47,435 nucleotides of DNA, taken from a virus (taxonomy: Duplodnaviria; Caudoviricetes). The stretch's first letter is position 1, and the number at the start of each line of letters is the position of its first letter. Below are positions 43,277 through 47,435 of this stretch, one piece after another. The stretch lies in the IMG/VR virus record IMGVR_UViG_3300010362_000003, positions 1 to 47,435 of that record, one strand, 5' to 3'. Both the position numbers and the translations under genes were made by a program. Below the pieces are notes generated by a model. It was not told the DNA's origin, did no database searches, and was given only the letters and a program-made list of their open reading frames with translations.

Positions 43277-45134
43277 CAGGCTGTCCCGTGCTCATCAGGT
43301 AGGCCATCTGCTGGATCTGCGCCCGCACCGCCTCGCGCTTCGCTCCAAAGACGCGGGCGAGCGAGGCGACGTACTGGTCCATCGGCAGATCAGCGGAGCC
43401 GTCCATCTGCGACTGCAGGATCCCCCTGATCGCATCGTTCAGGCCGCTGCCGGGCACCTTGAACCTCTGCGCCACCTTGGTCGCGATCGCGGTCGGCGTC
43501 CCGTACTTGGCGTCCGTGATCTGCTTCACCTTCGCCGCCCAGGCCGGTGTCGCTGGGCCGAGCGCGTAGGCCTGACTGAGCGCCTGCATGTACGGCACCC
43601 TCGCCTTCTCGGTGCCCGCGATGTCCTTGCCGTAGGAGTCCTTCTTGGCCGGGATGTTCTTCCAGGCGTTCCCGACCAGGCTCGAGGCGCGGTTCACCCA
43701 GGTGCCCCAGGTGGCGGCGGAAGCGCCGCCGCGTGCGTCGAGACCGGCCTGCTTCAGCTTCGCCACGTCCATCCGGGCGGCGTTGTTCGTGATCACCGAC
43801 CAGCGCCTCGTCGCGTCCTGCTGGTTCGCGATCTTGATCCTGAGATCGGCCGACTGGTTCGCCCGGGCGTTCTGGCCCTTGATGATCCACTGGGCGATGT
43901 TCTCGCGGCTCGCGATCGAGGCCGCCGACTCGGCCGCGTGCTCCTTCAGCGTCGCGCCGGCGATCGACTCCTTGCTCTTCAGGCCGGTCAGCGCCGTCTG
44001 GTTGGCGAGCCAGTTGGCGGTCGTGATCAGGCCGCCTGTCGTCGGGTCGCGCATCCAACCGCCGACCGGCTGCTTCGTCACCGGGTCGATGTGGGTGAGC
44101 GCGATCGTCTTCAAGCGCGCGTCGGCCCTCGCCGTCTGGGCCGCCGTCTTCGCCTTCGCCTGCGCGATCCCCCAGTTCGCCTTCGCCGTCTGCAAGGTCG
44201 CCAAGGTCGAGAGCGTGTTGATCCGGTCCTTGCGGTTCGCGTCGAGCGCCTCCTGGTAGAGCTCCGGCCGCTTCGCGGCGATCGCCGCTCGGTCAGCCTC
44301 ACGCTGACGGAGCGCGTCGACGGCCTTCGTCTCGTAATCCTTCTCGATCCCGGCGACGCTGCCAGCTGCCGCCAGCGCATCCGCGTTCGCCTGCTGGACG
44401 GCGAGCCCCGCCTGCTCCCCAAGACTTCTAGCCGGCAGCGTCACGCCCGTGTACTGACTCGTCGACTGCAGACCGGGGATGTCGTAGCCGCCGACCTGGC
44501 CGAGCCCTCCCAGCGCCTGGGAAACCTGCGCGCGAGCTTGATCTGCGTACTGCTGCTCGTCTGCTGCCACAGCACCGGTCAGGCCGGTGCCGAGCGCGCC
44601 AAGCATCCCGGCCGCCTGGTTGTAGGCCTCCCCGACCGCAGGGGCCCCCTGCTGGCCGAGGTTGCCGAGCGCGAGCGCGAAGCCGGCAGCGCGGTTCTGC
44701 AGATCCTTGTACTGCTGCTGCTCGCGCGCGCTCGAGATGTTGAGCGCCCCCAAAGCCGCCTTGATCTGCGCGTCGGTCTGGGCCCGTGCCCGACCCGCCG
44801 CCCCTCCCGGCGTCAGCAATGAGGCCCTGGCCGAGGTGATCAACTGGTCGAACGGCGACGAGGCCTTCGTCGTCACCTTGCCGGTGCCGCCACCCGTCGC
44901 CTGACCGCTCGAGCCCGCGGCGGTGCCGCCGACGCCGGTCGAGCCGGTCGTCCCGAACGTGCCGCCGTAGGCCCACGAGGGCGGGTTGCCGAACGTGCCG
45001 CCGTAGGCCCAGGAGGGGCCGCTCGTGTCCGGGGTCGGGTCGTAGGTCGTCGCCGGCGCGTACGGGGTCTGGCCGGAGAGCAGCGACTTCGGGTACCAGT
45101 CGCTCAGGTTGAGCTTCGGGATCAGGGGAGGCAT
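43266..45134 (-). CDS. Internal virion (ejection)-like protein
   Basis: 622 aa, Ala/Gln-rich and helical. Confidence 0.55.
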   Translation of the reverse strand: MPPLIPKLNLSDWYPKSLLSGQTPYAPATTYDPTPDTSGPSWAYGGTFGNPPSWAYGGTFGTTGSTGVGGTAAGSSGQATGGGTGKVTTKASSPFDQLITSARASLLTPGGAAGRARAQTDAQIKAALGALNISSAREQQQYKDLQNRAAGFALALGNLGQQGAPAVGEAYNQAAGMLGALGTGLTGAVAADEQQYADQARAQVSQALGGLGQVGGYDIPGLQSTSQYTGVTLPARSLGEQAGLAVQQANADALAAAGSVAGIEKDYETKAVDALRQREADRAAIAAKRPELYQEALDANRKDRINTLSTLATLQTAKANWGIAQAKAKTAAQTARADARLKTIALTHIDPVTKQPVGGWMRDPTTGGLITTANWLANQTALTGLKSKESIAGATLKEHAAESAASIASRENIAQWIIKGQNARANQSADLRIKIANQQDATRRWSVITNNAARMDVAKLKQAGLDARGGASAATWGTWVNRASSLVGNAWKNIPAKKDSYGKDIAGTEKARVPYMQALSQAYALGPATPAWAAKVKQITDAKYGTPTAIATKVAQRFKVPGSGLNDAIRGILQSQMDGSADLPMDQYVASLARVFGAKREAVRAQIQQMAYLMSTGQPGGQ

Positions 45135-46166
45135 CTACTTCTTCTTCCTGACATGGTTGATCGCCTTGACAACAGCAGGCGCGGTAATCGAGCCGGTGAA
45201 GCCGCCCGCGCCGGTGCCCTTGTAAGCGGGAGGCGCGACTGTCGGGGGCGGGATGTAGCCGCCGCCGAGCCCGAAATCGCTCCAGCCCTCCTGCGGCTGC
45301 GTCGGCTCGACGCCCGCATCGCCGGTGTCGGTCGTGCCGCCGCCGCCACCGCCGCCTCGTCTCGTCACCGTCTCCGAGAAGCCGGCCTGCTGGGCGAGCC
45401 GCTGCGCCACGGCGGCACGGCTGGCGTTCAGAGCCTGCATCGCCCGGTCGACGCCCTGCGCGTAGGTGGAGCCATAGCCGAGCAGCGACCTGTTCAGCGC
45501 GTCGAGGCCCTGCTGCGCGTTCTGCTGGTACTGTTCCTGCAACGCCGTCGTGCCGGTCGCGAACGAGCCGGAGCGGCCCATCCCGGAGGCAGCGAGGATG
45601 TAAGGGAGGTCGTAGTTCGCCTGGTTGAGCGCCTTGTTCAACTGCGCCCTGGCGGATAACTGGTTGGCAGCCGCGGCATCCAGCGTTCCCTGGTCAACAT
45701 CGCCGGCGTACTCGGAGAGACTGCCTGTCAGAGACGGCGTGTAGCCGGCGGCGATGATCGCCTGCCGGATCTGGTCGCGGCGCTGGTTGGCAAGTCCCTG
45801 CACTCCCACGTCGTAGGTCTGCTGGGCGGCGCGCGACATCGGGTCGCCGAGGATGTCCGACTCGTAGACCTGCATCGGCGTCCGCACCGTCGTGATCGTC
45901 TCGTCGCCACCGTCGCCCTGAGTAACGCCGCCGCCTTGGCCCTGGCCTTGGGCGGTGCCGCTGGGCAACGGACTCGTCCTGACGCTGGGCATCGTGTACG
46001 CGCCGGGGACCTTGTACGTCTCGCCGCCGTAGTTCCAACCCGCGCCGGTGTAGCCGACGGCGGGGGCGACAGTGATCGGTGCCGGCTTCGGCGGGATGTA
46101 GGGCTTGTAGGTCTGGCCGCCGTAGTTCCAGCCGGCTCCGGTGTAGCCGACAGGCTTGATCGCCAT
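45135..46166 (-). CDS. Internal virion (ejection/pilot)-like protein
   Basis: 343 aa; LAASGMGRSG motif; AGGAGG RBS. Confidence 0.55.
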   Translation of the reverse strand: MAIKPVGYTGAGWNYGGQTYKPYIPPKPAPITVAPAVGYTGAGWNYGGETYKVPGAYTMPSVRTSPLPSGTAQGQGQGGGVTQGDGGDETITTVRTPMQVYESDILGDPMSRAAQQTYDVGVQGLANQRRDQIRQAIIAAGYTPSLTGSLSEYAGDVDQGTLDAAAANQLSARAQLNKALNQANYDLPYILAASGMGRSGSFATGTTALQEQYQQNAQQGLDALNRSLLGYGSTYAQGVDRAMQALNASRAAVAQRLAQQAGFSETVTRRGGGGGGGTTDTGDAGVEPTQPQEGWSDFGLGGGYIPPPTVAPPAYKGTGAGGFTGSITAPAVVKAINHVRKKK

Positions 46167-46181
46167 AGTTGTCCTCCTGGG

Positions 46182-46928
46182 CTACGCGACGATGATGAAA
46201 TTGATCGTGATGAAGGCCGGCGTGTCGTTCGGAGCGCTTCCGCCGGGGCCGACGCCGATGCCGGTCCCACGACTATCGGTGGTACCAGTCGCGGTGTCAC
46301 CGAATGTCCCGGCTGACGAGCCAGGGGTCGGGTAGGGGATGGTTCCGCCCTGCACGACATCGTTGGCCTGGGTGTGCTGGTGGCCTAGGTCGCGGACGGT
46401 GTGGTTGTGGCTCGTGCCGCGCTGGCCGAGCGGCAAGCCCTCGGTGTCACCGAGCGAGTCGTGCGCCGCGAGGTTGCCCCTGCCGACCGGGACACGCTCG
46501 CGCAGATCCGGGACGTTGAACTGCCCTGATGCCTCGGAGCCGCCGTACTGGTAGCCGATCGCGTTCCAGAGTCGCGTCTGCAGCGTCTTCGCGTAGCTCG
46601 CGCCGTCGCAGAGCAGTGAGCCGGTCGGGGCGGTCGAGCCGCCGTAGGGGAAGATCAGCCCAGCTGGCAGCGTTCCCAGCGTCCCCTGGCCCGCGCCGGT
46701 GATCCCGAGCGTCGACTGCAGACCCAGCACCGACGACATCGGCAAGCTCATGTCGGAGCTCTCCAGGTAGCCGACCAGCCACGCCTTGAAGGCGAGCGGG
46801 AAACTGAACGGGTCCGAGAACAGCCGCTGCACGAGGCCGTACTCCTGGTCCGATAGCGGCCGGTCGTCCTGCGCCCCGATCCTCGAGCTCGCGCCGCCGG
46901 CGCGGATCCCGATCTCCGTGCTAGACAC
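46182..46928 (-). CDS. Tail-collar domain fibre protein
   Basis: PAGLIFPYGG..APTG.LLCDG..L.NAIG..YGG..FNVPDLRERVPVG..NFII. Confidence 0.85.
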   Translation of the reverse strand: MSSTEIGIRAGGASSRIGAQDDRPLSDQEYGLVQRLFSDPFSFPLAFKAWLVGYLESSDMSLPMSSVLGLQSTLGITGAGQGTLGTLPAGLIFPYGGSTAPTGSLLCDGASYAKTLQTRLWNAIGYQYGGSEASGQFNVPDLRERVPVGRGNLAAHDSLGDTEGLPLGQRGTSHNHTVRDLGHQHTQANDVVQGGTIPYPTPGSSAGTFGDTATGTTDSRGTGIGVGPGGSAPNDTPAFITINFIIVA

Positions 46929-47312
46929 GTGAGCGTTCCGAGCTGTGCGCCTCGAGCGCGATGTCGAAAACACGTGTGACGTTCGAGGGGTGGTTCTGCG
47001 TCACCTTGAAGGCGATCCCGTACGGGTACTTGCCGACCGGGACGCGGAACCGCTCGTACTTCGTCGTCGCCGGGTAGACGCCCGCCTGTGTGAACGCCAC
47101 GTCTTGCGGCGAGAGGATGTAGCTGACCGTCAACAGATCCGGGGTCGCCGCGCGCGGCGTGCCGTTTGCGGGCGGTGCCTCACGTCCCTCGAGCGGCTCG
47201 CGCCAGCCGGCCGGCTCCGCGTCACGGGTCAAGGCTGACCCGTCACGCACGTCATAGGAGAGGTAGGCGAAACGGATCCGCTTACGACCCTCCGGGCCGA
47301 GCCGGTACCAGG
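46921..47312 (-). CDS. Tail tubular/nozzle-like protein, 3' part (joins 1150..1)
   Basis: In-frame continuation ...FETPWYRLGPEGRKRIR...; 1150+392=1542 nt. Confidence 0.7.
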
Positions 47313-47435
47313 GCGTCTCGAAGTTCGGCAGCACCGCGGTGCCGTTGTCGTCGACGATCGGCGCGACACCCAAAGCCGGAAAGAAGCAGGGCCCGACACG
47401 AGCGAGCCGGTTCGTGCCTTTGATCCCGGCCCAGA
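47313..47435 (+). repeat. Terminal direct repeat, right copy
   Basis: Identical to 1-123. Confidence 0.95.

Overview
A complete, circularly assembled genome of a high-GC (roughly two-thirds G+C, estimated by eye) temperate podovirus-like phage. The first 123 bp repeat at the end, inside a tail gene, so the unit length is about 47,312 bp. The Rpf-like transglycosylase, CHAP endolysin and GC content suggest an actinobacterial host (inference). The minus strand carries the virion and lysis genes: TerL, portal, scaffold, major capsid, fibres, endolysin/holin, tail tube-like and ejection-like proteins. The plus strand carries early, recombination and lysogeny genes: Gp88-like, HTH proteins, SSB-like, PD-(D/E)XK nuclease, Holliday junction resolvase, HNH nucleases and a tyrosine integrase. 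The most striking unexplained feature is at 19.4-20.3 kb: a directly oriented array of dif-like 11-6-11 sites (TAA-GGCCGG-TTA), each in the same codon register inside the N-terminus of a tiny gene. It looks like an integron-like, frame-preserving mini-gene cassette array. Other notable features are three structured intergenic regions, a candidate tRNA-type attP, a strand-skew switch near 22 kb, non-canonical start codons, a HicA-like/ParB-like fusion, and no recognisable replication enzyme. Protein family assignments come from recognising motifs, not from database searches.
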